This document shows, piece after piece, positions 1-9,233 of a stretch of DNA of 20,000 nucleotides. Origin of the DNA: Stramenopiles sp. TOSAG23-3 (lineage: Eukaryota). Position numbers and translations under genes: made by a program. The first letter of the stretch is position 1. Every line of letters starts with the position of its first letter. The stretch covers positions 44,245 through 64,244 of the forward strand of contig LT642152.1 of NCBI GenBank assembly GCA_900128585.1. Reading direction: 5' to 3'. The notes under the pieces were generated by a model, which did no database searches, was not told where the DNA came from, and worked only from the letters and a program-made list of their open reading frames with translations.

Positions 1-11
1 TTCGGGGACCG

Positions 12-79
12 NNNNNNNNNNNNNNNNNNNNNNNNNNNNNNNNNNNNNNNNNNNNNNNNNNNNNNNNNNNNNNNNNNNN
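12..79. other. Assembly gap (68 N)
   Basis: Run of N from 12 to 79. Confidence 0.99.
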
Positions 80-1669
80 TCAGAGAGTAATTTTCTTGGA
101 GGAAAGGGGCACTTTAAAGATCAAATCAAAGGACTGAAAGACATGGGTGCTGCAAACTTTTTGAAAGATGCCAAAAAGAGGAAAAAAATAGGCAAGATAG
201 CCCTAACCCCCGAATCGAGAGAGAAACGGAAGAAGCGCAAGGAAAAACGAGAGAAAGAGTTCCAGGAGAGGATGGAAAAGAAAATAGTCAAAGAAAGAGC
301 CCTATGTAAACAAATTTATGAAGGGAAAATCTTGCACTTCATGCACAAGCCAATCGGGAAGGCGTCCGTTTTGAAAAAAGGTATCGTGAAGAGGATTAAA
401 GTCGAGCTGCACAAGAAGAGGTTCCCGGTATGCATGTGCCATGTGGAAGGTTTAAAACAGCCTGTGAAATGCCATGAGGCAACCAATGCCATTGAACTGT
501 CACGAGACGCGCAAGTGCACGCCAGCGGGAAGCACCATAAAGTGATCACGCAGGATATGGAATTGTCTGAACCGGATGTGAGACGTTTTCTCCGGCTGGC
601 TCATGTTCCAGCAGAGAAATCGCCCGAAGAACGACACGATTTCGTGAAGAACACAATATACCCGCTGGTGAAGAATACTATTGTCGAAGAAGGCTTTACG
701 AAGGAGGTGGCAATGGCATTCCTTAAGCGCCACGTTCCCATCCCCACTGCGCCTAGCGATGTCACGTTTGGAAACAAGGAAGTGCCACCGCCTCCGCAAG
801 CCACGGGGGCTGCGGCCGGTGGGGTGCCGAAGGTGAAGTCTGGGCGAAGACTTCTCGCTGCAGTGCGAAAGGGAAAGAATGGTAATTGCAAATGCAAAGC
901 GAAATGGTGGTATGAGCACTTCTATTATTACGGTTGTGATGTCCGCCGCCCAGGGGGTGGAGAAGCATGGTGTTACACGAAGGGCACGTGCGAGGGCAAA
1001 CAGTACAGAACGTGTACGGATCGTGTCCAGGAGCTGGAAAAAAAAATTAAAGACTTGGAGAAAAAAGTTCCTGGGGGCAAAATCCTGAAACTCCAAAAAG
1101 CTGTCGATGCTCCAATAGCAAAAAGCTCGTTGGTCAAAAGCGGGTCTGACAAAGCACTGAAAGTAACGGACACGGATAATGCTAACTTGAACGGTGTCAA
1201 CTCGGTTGATGTGAAAGTGGGAGGGTTGAACGGGAAGACGAAGAAACTAGTGGCCGATGGTGTTACAGAAGTGCAATACATTTTCGAAATTAAAGGCAAA
1301 GAAAAATTCTTTAAGGAAGAGGAGTTGAGGTATGATAACCCCACCGGGATGATCCAGGCAGTCTATGACTGCTCAAAGAAAGGTAGCGCGAAGAAGATAT
1401 GTAGCATGCAAAAGAAGTCTGTTAAGGACCCAGTAAACCTGAAGGTGTTTGTATACCAGTCGGACTTTTTGTGCTGCAAGTACCCTGGTGGCTCAAAGGG
1501 CACCTCCTTTACCAACTGCCAAGAATTGAAGAAAGGCTGCAAACAAGACCTGACAGTATCTCGTGAATTTTCAGTAACCATCAAGGGATTTGGATATGAT
1601 GTCGCAGAGATTAAAAAGGGACGTAGAAAGCTTCTAATGCAACGTTTCCGCGGCGGTGGTGGCAGTTAA
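80..1669 (+). CDS. 5'-partial Lys/Cys-rich protein of unknown function with an FN2/kringle-like six-Cys module and RRLL/RKLL motifs
   Basis: The frame of ORF 143..1669 stays open back to the gap (80: TCA GAG AGT AAT... = SESNFLGGKGHFKDQIKGLKD-M), so the true start may be upstream. Contains CKCKAKWWYEHFYYYGC...AWCYTKGTC...YRTC (887-1015), GRRLL (842-856) and a GRRKLLMQRFRGGGGS* end. Confidence 0.8.
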   Translation, partial: SESNFLGGKGHFKDQIKGLKDMGAANFLKDAKKRKKIGKIALTPESREKRKKRKEKREKEFQERMEKKIVKERALCKQIYEGKILHFMHKPIGKASVLKKGIVKRIKVELHKKRFPVCMCHVEGLKQPVKCHEATNAIELSRDAQVHASGKHHKVITQDMELSEPDVRRFLRLAHVPAEKSPEERHDFVKNTIYPLVKNTIVEEGFTKEVAMAFLKRHVPIPTAPSDVTFGNKEVPPPPQATGAAAGGVPKVKSGRRLLAAVRKGKNGNCKCKAKWWYEHFYYYGCDVRRPGGGEAWCYTKGTCEGKQYRTCTDRVQELEKKIKDLEKKVPGGKILKLQKAVDAPIAKSSLVKSGSDKALKVTDTDNANLNGVNSVDVKVGGLNGKTKKLVADGVTEVQYIFEIKGKEKFFKEEELRYDNPTGMIQAVYDCSKKGSAKKICSMQKKSVKDPVNLKVFVYQSDFLCCKYPGGSKGTSFTNCQELKKGCKQDLTVSREFSVTIKGFGYDVAEIKKGRRKLLMQRFRGGGGS

Positions 1670-1769
1670 TTTAGAAACCTGAGTAGTAACCTTACCGGCG
1701 GCTTGAAAATAATTATACTAATGTAAATAAATTTTAATTCAAAAAAAAAGAAAAACCCCTCACTACACA

Positions 1770-1876
1770 GTACTGTTACCGAACGAATAGCCTGGTACCT
1801 GGTATTCCAACACAGTACAGCAGGTACGGTACCGGTACCTGTACCGGTAATAACTGGGGTACTGGTACCTGGTACC
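1770..1876. repeat. GTAC/GGTACC-rich quasi-palindromic low-complexity cluster
   Basis: Ten GTAC tetramers in about 105 bp. CTGGTACCTGGTA is repeated at 1792-1804 and 1862-1874. Confidence 0.75.
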
Positions 1877-2293
1877 AAGTAAAAGACCGCCATCAATTCT
1901 TTTCTTCCTCTTCTTCTTTATTTTGTGACTACTCATCGTCATCGTCGCATTCATCATTGCCAATCATCAGGAGAAGAATTTATTATTATTATTAGTCGTC
2001 GTCTCCTCGTATATTATAATACTTCTTTTTTTTAATTTTTAAAATGACTTCTTCTACTCTAGAAGATATATTATTATTCTTTTTAAAAATAGAAATCAGT
2101 GTGTACGAAAGTGTAAGTCACGAAATTTATACTTATTGTGATCAACACGAAAATAAAGGATTAGATCGCAAACTTGATAAAGAAGTACTTAAGAATAATT
2201 CGAAGCTTTGTCTCCAAATTTTCATTTGAAAGTAAAGTCCCCTCCATCCCCGCGTGCACATTGGAACGAGTAGAACACTGCAGGAAAAGACAG

Positions 2294-3637
2294 ATGCCGG
2301 CGGCCAGAAGAAAAAGCAAACGCTCGGTGAGCACGCGCAAAGCCACGAAAGCGTCTTCATCGTCAGGAGACAACGTGTCGACGAGCACCGACGTAGAAGT
2401 ACAAGAGAAACGAAAAAAATCGTGGCGCACTCGAGTCTTTTGGAGCTGGATCATGACAATCTATGCGTTGAGTATGTTTTACTTTACGCGTCAGGCCGGG
2501 TGTATGTTGACACTGTTTGTGATCCAGACTGTTTGCTACGTTGAACTGATACAGCTTTTATCGAGCTCGAAACAAGAAGCAAAAATCCCCATGTTTCGCA
2601 ACTTTTATATCTACTGGTTCTTGATATTTTCGTTCTGGAGCTGGGGCAAGGCGTTGAAGCCGCACCTGATGCGAGACTCTTTCGTGGAATCTCTTGGTTT
2701 CAGTATGTACGACTGGCTGCAATATTTTGAAATAATTTCGTATACGCTATATGTCGTTGGTATCTTGGCGTTTGTACTAAGTTTGGACGATAAGAAAATG
2801 TTCAGGTACCAGTTTCAGCAGTTTGCGTCCTGCCACTGCGCTTTACTGCTGATTGTAGTTCAAGGAACTTTAAACGTGTCCAACTTATTCAACGGCATCA
2901 TGTGGGTCCTGTTCCCAATGAGCCTCATTGTGTGCAACGACTGCTTCGCGTATATTTTCGGATTTCTTTTCGGGAAGACACCGTTAATTCGATTGTCCCC
3001 AAAGAAAACGTGGGAGGGTTTCTTGGGTGGGGCGTTGGCTACCATGATTCACGCTGTGCTATTCTCGCGCTTCTTATCCGACCCAGCATTCGACCCATTT
3101 TACCAGAGTGGGTTGGTGCCTATCCCTTACATCCAACCGGTAATGACATGCAAACCTAGAGGGGTTCTTGTCGAGTCGTTTTCCATGCACCCGCCGACGT
3201 GTGAATGGGCAAAGCTGTACAGACCCGCGAATGTATGCCCAGAGGCGTTCCCCATGGCCAGTAGAATTGCGGGGCTCGCTGGCCTTGAAAATGTTTTGTG
3301 CAAACATGTTAGCTGGTCACCCGTTCAATCCCATGCTTTAGTGTATGGACTTTTTGCTTCCGTAATTGCTCCGTTTGCTGGGTTCTTTGCGAGCGGTTTC
3401 AAACGGGCAATCAAGGCAAAGGATTTCGGTTCACTTTTTCCTGGCCACGGTGGGATGCTGGATCGATTTGACTGCCACATGCTGATGGCATCTTTTGGTT
3501 ACTTTTATTTCTCATATGTTATTGAGGGAAACGACCCGGTGTCCAAGGTGCAAAAGGCTTTAAAGGTACTATCGGAACTAGGGTTGTCGGCTATGGATAT
3601 TGACTCAATCCGTGAAAAGATTAATCTGAAATTGTGA
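2294..3637 (+). CDS. CDS1: Phosphatidate cytidylyltransferase (CDP-diacylglycerol synthase)
   Basis: Family motifs SPKKTWEGFLGG and KDFGSLFPGHGGMLDRFDC plus several hydrophobic helices. The first in-frame ATG is 2294 (MPAARRK); the track start at 2174 is a TTG. Confidence 0.95.
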   Translation: MPAARRKSKRSVSTRKATKASSSSGDNVSTSTDVEVQEKRKKSWRTRVFWSWIMTIYALSMFYFTRQAGCMLTLFVIQTVCYVELIQLLSSSKQEAKIPMFRNFYIYWFLIFSFWSWGKALKPHLMRDSFVESLGFSMYDWLQYFEIISYTLYVVGILAFVLSLDDKKMFRYQFQQFASCHCALLLIVVQGTLNVSNLFNGIMWVLFPMSLIVCNDCFAYIFGFLFGKTPLIRLSPKKTWEGFLGGALATMIHAVLFSRFLSDPAFDPFYQSGLVPIPYIQPVMTCKPRGVLVESFSMHPPTCEWAKLYRPANVCPEAFPMASRIAGLAGLENVLCKHVSWSPVQSHALVYGLFASVIAPFAGFFASGFKRAIKAKDFGSLFPGHGGMLDRFDCHMLMASFGYFYFSYVIEGNDPVSKVQKALKVLSELGLSAMDIDSIREKINLKL

Positions 3638-3663
3638 GGGACCGCGAGTGATGTCTGTGCAAG

Positions 3664-3721
3664 AAAAAAGTTCCTCTTTTAAAAACAAAAAAAGTTCCTC
3701 CTTTAAAAACAAAAAATTGGC
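3664..3721. repeat. ~24-bp tandem duplication (AAAAAAGTTCCTCYTTTAAAAAC x2) running into the dispersed TTTAAAAACAAAAAATTGGC element
   Basis: Read directly from 3664-3721. Confidence 0.8.
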
Positions 3722-3997
3722 CATGAAAATGAATCTACTTCTTTTGTCCATTAAAGGTTTACGTTCTTTCATGTACTGCGAATTTATCTCTGCTCCTGTG
3801 ATTATACTACTAATCAATATACTCGTAGATGAAACAGTCCCTGTATGATTTTCCAAGCAGCAGCGTGAATGCTTTAGAGGTGCTCGTTTTCTGTCTTGTA
3901 AATCAGTCAAGGAATTATCATTTGTGGGTTGAGTTGTCGGGGGAGGGTCGTGTGGGTCGGTGCGCATAATCGGCGGTTGCGGCTTCTGTTGTCGGCC

Positions 3998-4022
3998 TTT
4001 AAAACAAAAAATTGGCTGTTAT
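3998..4022. repeat. Copy of dispersed element TTTAAAACAA(G)AAAATTGGCTGTTAT
   Basis: Matches 6871-6896 and 14295-14320 except for one missing G. Confidence 0.8.
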
Positions 4023-4117
4023 TTGGTTCCTCCTTTTAACGAATTAATCTCTAGAGAGAGATGACCTTCTAAAAAACCAAAATATATGCAGTTATTTAGA
4101 GATATTAATCTAAAGTT

Positions 4118-6328
4118 TTATATTGACTTATCTTGAAATGTCTCCCAATTTCCTTTTGTCGGCCCAAAACCTGCAGAGTGCGACTTTTCAGCGACAGTCT
4201 TCAGCTCCACATTTGTAAAATTACACGCTTTAGCTAGCGCTTGGTATTCCCCTCGCGTTGTCGTTTGGCTAAGCAGTGAATTGTCGCAGCATGGTACAAT
4301 AGTGATGCCAGCATCGAAAAATGCTCGGGCCGGGTGGTCCGAAATGGATGAGATGCTTCCTGTGTGCACGTTACTGCAGGGGCATATTTCAATCGCAATA
4401 TTTTTTGCTGATAGTGTGCTTTGCAACGAGCCTGATGCGCGGGCTGCAACCCCATGCCCTATCCTAGTTGCGTGCAGTCGTTCCACGGCGGTTACGATGT
4501 TCTTTTCAGCCTGCTCCGACTTCCCTTCCCCTGCATGAATGGTGATGCCAAGCCCGTTGGCGTGAACAAAATCAAACGCTTCGATGAATTTCTCTGGAGG
4601 ATGGTCATATTCATTTCCTGCCAGATCAACTCCGACCACGAGTTTGTCCAAACCATGCTTGCATGCTAATTTTGCCATTACCATAGCCTCCTCAGCCCCG
4701 AAGTCCCGCAGTATAGTAACTATTTGGTAAAATGAACACTGTGGATACGATTCCATAGCCCTGCTTAAACCACGACATACGGCATCGATAATGTCATCAT
4801 CACCCAGCCCCTCCTGGCGGTGCAGACTAGGGCAATATCGAACTTCCGCGTACGTAACGTTCGACTTCAGGTATAAATCTTCGCATATTTCATACGCTAC
4901 ACGCTCCAGCGCATCTTTATCTTGCAAGACCAGCAGTGTTGTTGCAAATGATTGGAGGCATCGCGGCAAGTCCCAACCGATTTTAAAAGCGAGGTGTTTT
5001 TCTACATCATCTGTTGACTCGAAGGTATATAAGTTGCCTTCCCCACTTTTGACTTTCTGCGAGTACAATTCGAGAAACGTTTCTGGACGCAAGCTCCCGT
5101 CCAAATGAACGTGCAACTCTGCCAGCCCACAATCAACACTCTCGAACATACCCTTGAAGTGACTTGTCAGTACTAAGTCGGCGTCGAATAGATTCTGCTC
5201 TTCACGCCCTCTTTTGGTCTGTTCAGCCGAGTCGATACGCGTTAAGCCGCAGACATTGTCGTGGTGGTCGGAGCCTAAATGGTCTTTGAAACACTGCGTA
5301 CATAGTCGAATGTCTGTAAGAGCTTGGGCAACCATTTCGCTCGATGTCGGACGTCGACCGGGCGAAATCAACAAAAGCCTTCGCAGATAGCCGCATATCT
5401 CTTGCCAGCCGGCGAGTTCCCCGGCAGACGCCATGAGCTCTTGGCACGCGTCTCGAACTACTCGAATCATCCGATTCGTCCGGCCTTTAAAAATGTCCAT
5501 GTCGTTCATGGCTGATCTTGAAAATGGCCCGTTGTCTATGACGCTTTCTTGAAAAAAAGATAAACCAAACACGGTCTCCAAAAGTGTCATGCCGCAGCTC
5601 CACATGTCTCCCGCTTTTCCATCGTATTGGGTCTCTGTGAACATCTCCGGTGGGATGAAACCTGCAGAGCCTACTGCCCCAGTTAGTTTACGAAGACCAC
5701 TGTTGCTCGGTGACGTTCGAACGGCATAGTCAAAATCTATAAGGACTGGATGACTTCGGTACCATTCCTCTCCTGGGTACAGTATTACACATATGTTTTC
5801 GGGCTTAATGTCTCGATGACACCACCCGTTTGAGTGCATGAACGCCACCGCATCGAAAAGTTTCAAAAATACTCCCAAAACAACTTGCGGCTGCGCTATT
5901 TTTTGCCCTTCAATCTGAAGCAAGTGCGTTTTTAATGACCCACCGTGCCACGGGTAAACGATCCGGCAGTGAGTTGGGCTCAAAGTCGCGCTCACGTCGA
6001 GTATACTCGTAACGCTCGGGTGCCTTGCCCCTAAATCTTTCAACGCCTTTATTTCAACCAGAAGTCGATTTTTCCGTTTTGTAAGGGCTTCTCCGCCGCC
6101 AGTTGTCCCCAGGGCCTCCCAATTAACAAATTTGCAGGCTACGCTTTCACGTACGTTTTCGCCCGTGTACCTTGTGGCTTGCACCACTGAGGTGGCACCA
6201 GTGTTGTACGTTTCTGACTCAGTTTCGTATCGATATGTTTGCGTTGATTCACCGGGGCTATCGAGAAGTGGAACAGGGAAGATGGGCTTTTCCCACTCAA
6301 GTTGTACAATTTCGTTGAACTGACTCAT
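4118..6328 (-). CDS. Ser/Thr protein kinase - adenosine deaminase family fusion protein
   Basis: One uninterrupted ORF with first ATG at 6328. N-terminal kinase motifs: VACK, alphaC E (EIKAL), HRDIKPEN, LIDFDYA, GSAGFIPPE, DMWSCG. C-terminal ADA motifs: ELHVHLDGS, YAEVRYCP, GVDLAGNE, TIHAGE, RIGHG, IEICPCSN, CCDN. Confidence 0.92.
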   Translation of the reverse strand: MSQFNEIVQLEWEKPIFPVPLLDSPGESTQTYRYETESETYNTGATSVVQATRYTGENVRESVACKFVNWEALGTTGGGEALTKRKNRLLVEIKALKDLGARHPSVTSILDVSATLSPTHCRIVYPWHGGSLKTHLLQIEGQKIAQPQVVLGVFLKLFDAVAFMHSNGWCHRDIKPENICVILYPGEEWYRSHPVLIDFDYAVRTSPSNSGLRKLTGAVGSAGFIPPEMFTETQYDGKAGDMWSCGMTLLETVFGLSFFQESVIDNGPFSRSAMNDMDIFKGRTNRMIRVVRDACQELMASAGELAGWQEICGYLRRLLLISPGRRPTSSEMVAQALTDIRLCTQCFKDHLGSDHHDNVCGLTRIDSAEQTKRGREEQNLFDADLVLTSHFKGMFESVDCGLAELHVHLDGSLRPETFLELYSQKVKSGEGNLYTFESTDDVEKHLAFKIGWDLPRCLQSFATTLLVLQDKDALERVAYEICEDLYLKSNVTYAEVRYCPSLHRQEGLGDDDIIDAVCRGLSRAMESYPQCSFYQIVTILRDFGAEEAMVMAKLACKHGLDKLVVGVDLAGNEYDHPPEKFIEAFDFVHANGLGITIHAGEGKSEQAEKNIVTAVERLHATRIGHGVAARASGSLQSTLSAKNIAIEICPCSNVHTGSISSISDHPARAFFDAGITIVPCCDNSLLSQTTTRGEYQALAKACNFTNVELKTVAEKSHSAGFGPTKGNWETFQDKSI

Positions 6329-6869
6329 CGCAATACTGTAAAAATCGTTTTGGCCAGTCCGGGTATCTTCTTGTCGTGCCGTTTTTTCCAACCTTCTATA
6401 TTGCCCGAAATTGAACACCCGCAGCAACAAAACGACGATAATGTTGAAAGAATTATAGAAGATTTAAAATACGAAGTATGAAAAGATACACACCCACATT
6501 TTCTTCTGCGATTCAACTATTTTTTAAAAATTATTATTATTATTATTTATTATTAGTAGTCGTCCAATAATTAATAATATTTTCTTCTTCTCTCCTCCTC
6601 TCCTCTCTCCTCTCTCCTCTTCTTCCCTCTCTCTCTATTTTTTTCTTCTCTTTCTTCTTCTTCTTCTTCTTCGTCGTGTTGTTGGTTGTTGTGGGTGGTG
6701 TGTGGTGTATGTCGTCGGGGTTCCTTTTTTTTCTTACCCCCTTTCGGATACCTGGTAGTACGGGTACCGTTATGTAATAAACAAACGCAACCAACCGTAG
6801 TATTAATAATAGATTCACAAGTTTATCATTAATATTTTTACTGTTTCAGGAACAAATTATATAGTATGT

Positions 6870-6896
6870 TTTTAAAACAAGAAAATTGGCTGTTAT
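6870..6896. repeat. Copy of dispersed 27-bp element TTTTAAAACAAGAAAATTGGCTGTTAT
   Basis: Identical to 14294-14320. Confidence 0.85.
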
Positions 6897-7154
6897 GTTT
6901 TTACTGTTTCATATATCATATATTATATAAAAAAACAAATTATATATAGTATGTTTTAAGTCAAAAAAGAAAAGAAAAAAGAAGGTAAAACCGTTCAAGA
7001 ACCCAAACAACTAACATAAAATTGTTTGAGACAGTGGGTATTATTGTTTTGTTGAAATATGATTAATTAGTTATTACATACTATGTTATATAATTTGTTT
7101 CTTAATTAGTTATTATTATTGATGATGAAAATAAGGGTGGTGTCATATGAGTCT

Positions 7155-8231
7155 TTAGAAAGAAAATTTGAAATTTCTCAATGCATTTATGTACATACTG
7201 ACACTTGCCATAGTCCGAGACAAGCTTTTTGCGGCAGTGTTTGATCTCATTAGTTTTGCCTCTTCCGACAAAATTGCATCCCATTTCGTTTGACCGACGT
7301 AACCCCAGTACGCCGCTACGAAAACAACAATATGCATGATGCTGTGGGACGAAAAATAGTCAAACATGTTTTCTGGGAGTCCTAGCTTTTTTGCAAGGCC
7401 CGGAAACCGTTCTGGGACGCCGGTGCTAAAAATCACGCCCCCTAACGCGCCCAAAAACGAGGACACGGGCATATGCTGCAAAACCAACGCTACCTTCATC
7501 TTTCCAGACGCGCCACGACTGTGAAGGTACTCGCGGACGACTGGCACGACAATGCAGCTGGTAACGCTTGCCAACGTTAAAAATTTTGCATATTTTGGCA
7601 TACCAGCGCCAAAGAATACCGCCAGGGTAGACGCAGAACCCACCAACGACGTGCCAATAGTAAACTTCCGCAGCAACTCGTGCTCTCCACGCGTGCCAAA
7701 ATGCTGGTACCCTGCAACGATGCTGAAACAGGTAAAATAGGCGGCTATCGAGGACCGGTCGATTCGAAACATTATGTCTTCCACGAACTCTGAGTAGCAC
7801 GATGTGCAATGGGCAAGGGTTGACGCCCCGAAAAGGCCCGCCCCTCCCAAAGCAACCCATCGGGAAGGCCATGCAGGGTTGTGCTGCTTAAAACTATTGT
7901 AATAGTAAAGGGACGCAAAAAAATGAGTCCAAACGTTGCAAATTTCATTATGTCCACACCCACAACTGCACACACAGAACAGGCAGGACGGGGTGACTTT
8001 CCGGTACCCCGTGCGAACGTAAGGAAAAATTCTCCAACCATCGCCTTTTGCTTTCAATTTGTCTACATGCTCTAATTCAATATCTTTGTCGTCCAAGTAG
8101 ACCTTTTTGTAGATCTTCCAGAGTACCTTACTGGCCGCCATTGCAGCCAGTGTCTGAAGGCAGGTCTTGGTGAATACCCGCGGAGTATTCGCCGCCATGG
8201 TCCGCTCAATGCGCTCCTTTATGTAAGCCAT
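7155..8231 (-). CDS. PAQR / hemolysin-III family (adiponectin/progestin receptor-like) membrane protein
   Basis: Family motifs PYVRTGYR, HNEICNVWTH, STLAH (SxxxH), RIDRSSI, PERFPG and FDYFSSHSIMH (HxxxH), with multiple hydrophobic segments. Confidence 0.93.
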   Translation of the reverse strand: MAYIKERIERTMAANTPRVFTKTCLQTLAAMAASKVLWKIYKKVYLDDKDIELEHVDKLKAKGDGWRIFPYVRTGYRKVTPSCLFCVCSCGCGHNEICNVWTHFFASLYYYNSFKQHNPAWPSRWVALGGAGLFGASTLAHCTSCYSEFVEDIMFRIDRSSIAAYFTCFSIVAGYQHFGTRGEHELLRKFTIGTSLVGSASTLAVFFGAGMPKYAKFLTLASVTSCIVVPVVREYLHSRGASGKMKVALVLQHMPVSSFLGALGGVIFSTGVPERFPGLAKKLGLPENMFDYFSSHSIMHIVVFVAAYWGYVGQTKWDAILSEEAKLMRSNTAAKSLSRTMASVSMYINALRNFKFSF

Positions 8232-8617
8232 GCCGGAGACACCCTCGAGTCTTTCTTCTTTCCTTCCTTTCTTTAATTCCTTTCACCTTGGTAAAAGGTC
8301 TTAAGATTCTGATGCATAGATACGTAGGTATAACCATGATATGACTGTAAAATTTTAGAAAATCTTCGAAACATCTATATATTATATATTGTCCTGGTGT
8401 ATATATTCTTCCAATTATATTAGAAGACGACGACTATTATTATTATATATTTTTTGTTGCCTTTTTGTATAGTACGGTGGAGGAGTAGTATAATTATTAT
8501 AATAAAAAAATTAATAGAAATAGTGTTTTGTTTGAATAGCTTTTTTTATTAAAATGGTGTGGTTTTGGATGGTGCAGCAGCGACGAAGATTCATTAATAT
8601 TTATTCGCAAAGCCAAG

Positions 8618-8716
8618 TTCTTCTTTCTTCTTTCTTCTTTCTTTTTTCTTCTTTCTTCTTTCTTCTTTCTTCTTTCTTCTTTCTTCTTTCTTCTTTCTTT
8701 CTTCTTTCTTCTTTCT
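8618..8716. repeat. Polypyrimidine microsatellite, mainly (TTTCTTC)n
   Basis: About 100 bp of C/T only with a 7-bp period. Confidence 0.9.
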
Positions 8717-9233
8717 CCATACAATTACGCGTACTCGTAGACTAAGAAGCTTCAAGTGTTAAATAGTAGGGTTTTAGGTTTGGAGGATGAAGACTCAGAA
8801 TTCGAGAAGTAGAAATACCACTCACTACCTTACCTACCTAGACTACGTCACTACGAGGACTAACCCACTGTATTAATAATGAATTAGTGACTATTTCTAA
8901 ATTAATGAAATATCGATGAGGAGGAAAGGAAAGGGAGAAAGGGAGGGGGAATCCATTCCAAAATAGCGTGTTTTGTGCTTTGACATTAGCTTTTCGACTT
9001 CTATTTTTTTTTCGACTTCTTTTTTCTCCGTTATTTTATAATAATAATTGTTCAATGGTATTTCGGTACAAAATAAATTTTATTAAATCCAAATAGTATT
9101 AACATTAAATAGGCTTAATGCTATTTCATTATGGTCAAATTATAATAAATATATCTTCATTTTAAAAATTTTAAAATTAGGGCTCCCCTTCCTTTCCTTT
9201 AATGCTATGTGCATATTCTATTTATTTTAATTC

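Noticed and set aside
2174-2293. N-terminal extension of CDS1 from TTG (similarly 6430, 13850 and 16595 for other genes)
   Set aside because: These are non-ATG starts from a prokaryote-style ORF caller; downstream ATGs fit a eukaryotic gene better.
3605-3967. 120-aa minus-strand ORF between CDS1 and the kinase-deaminase gene
   Set aside because: It overlaps the CDS1 stop, runs through the non-coding tandem repeat and has no protein-like motif. Not excluded, but unsupported.
6543-6818. 91-aa K/E/R-rich ORF
   Set aside because: Derived from CT/CTT low-complexity intergenic sequence.
8497-8745. KKKEERR-repeat and FFLLSS-repeat ORFs
   Set aside because: These are translations of the (TTTCTTC)n microsatellite.
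8767-8782. Telomere-like TAGGGTTTTAGG
   Set aside because: Fewer than two clean units, so compatible with chance.
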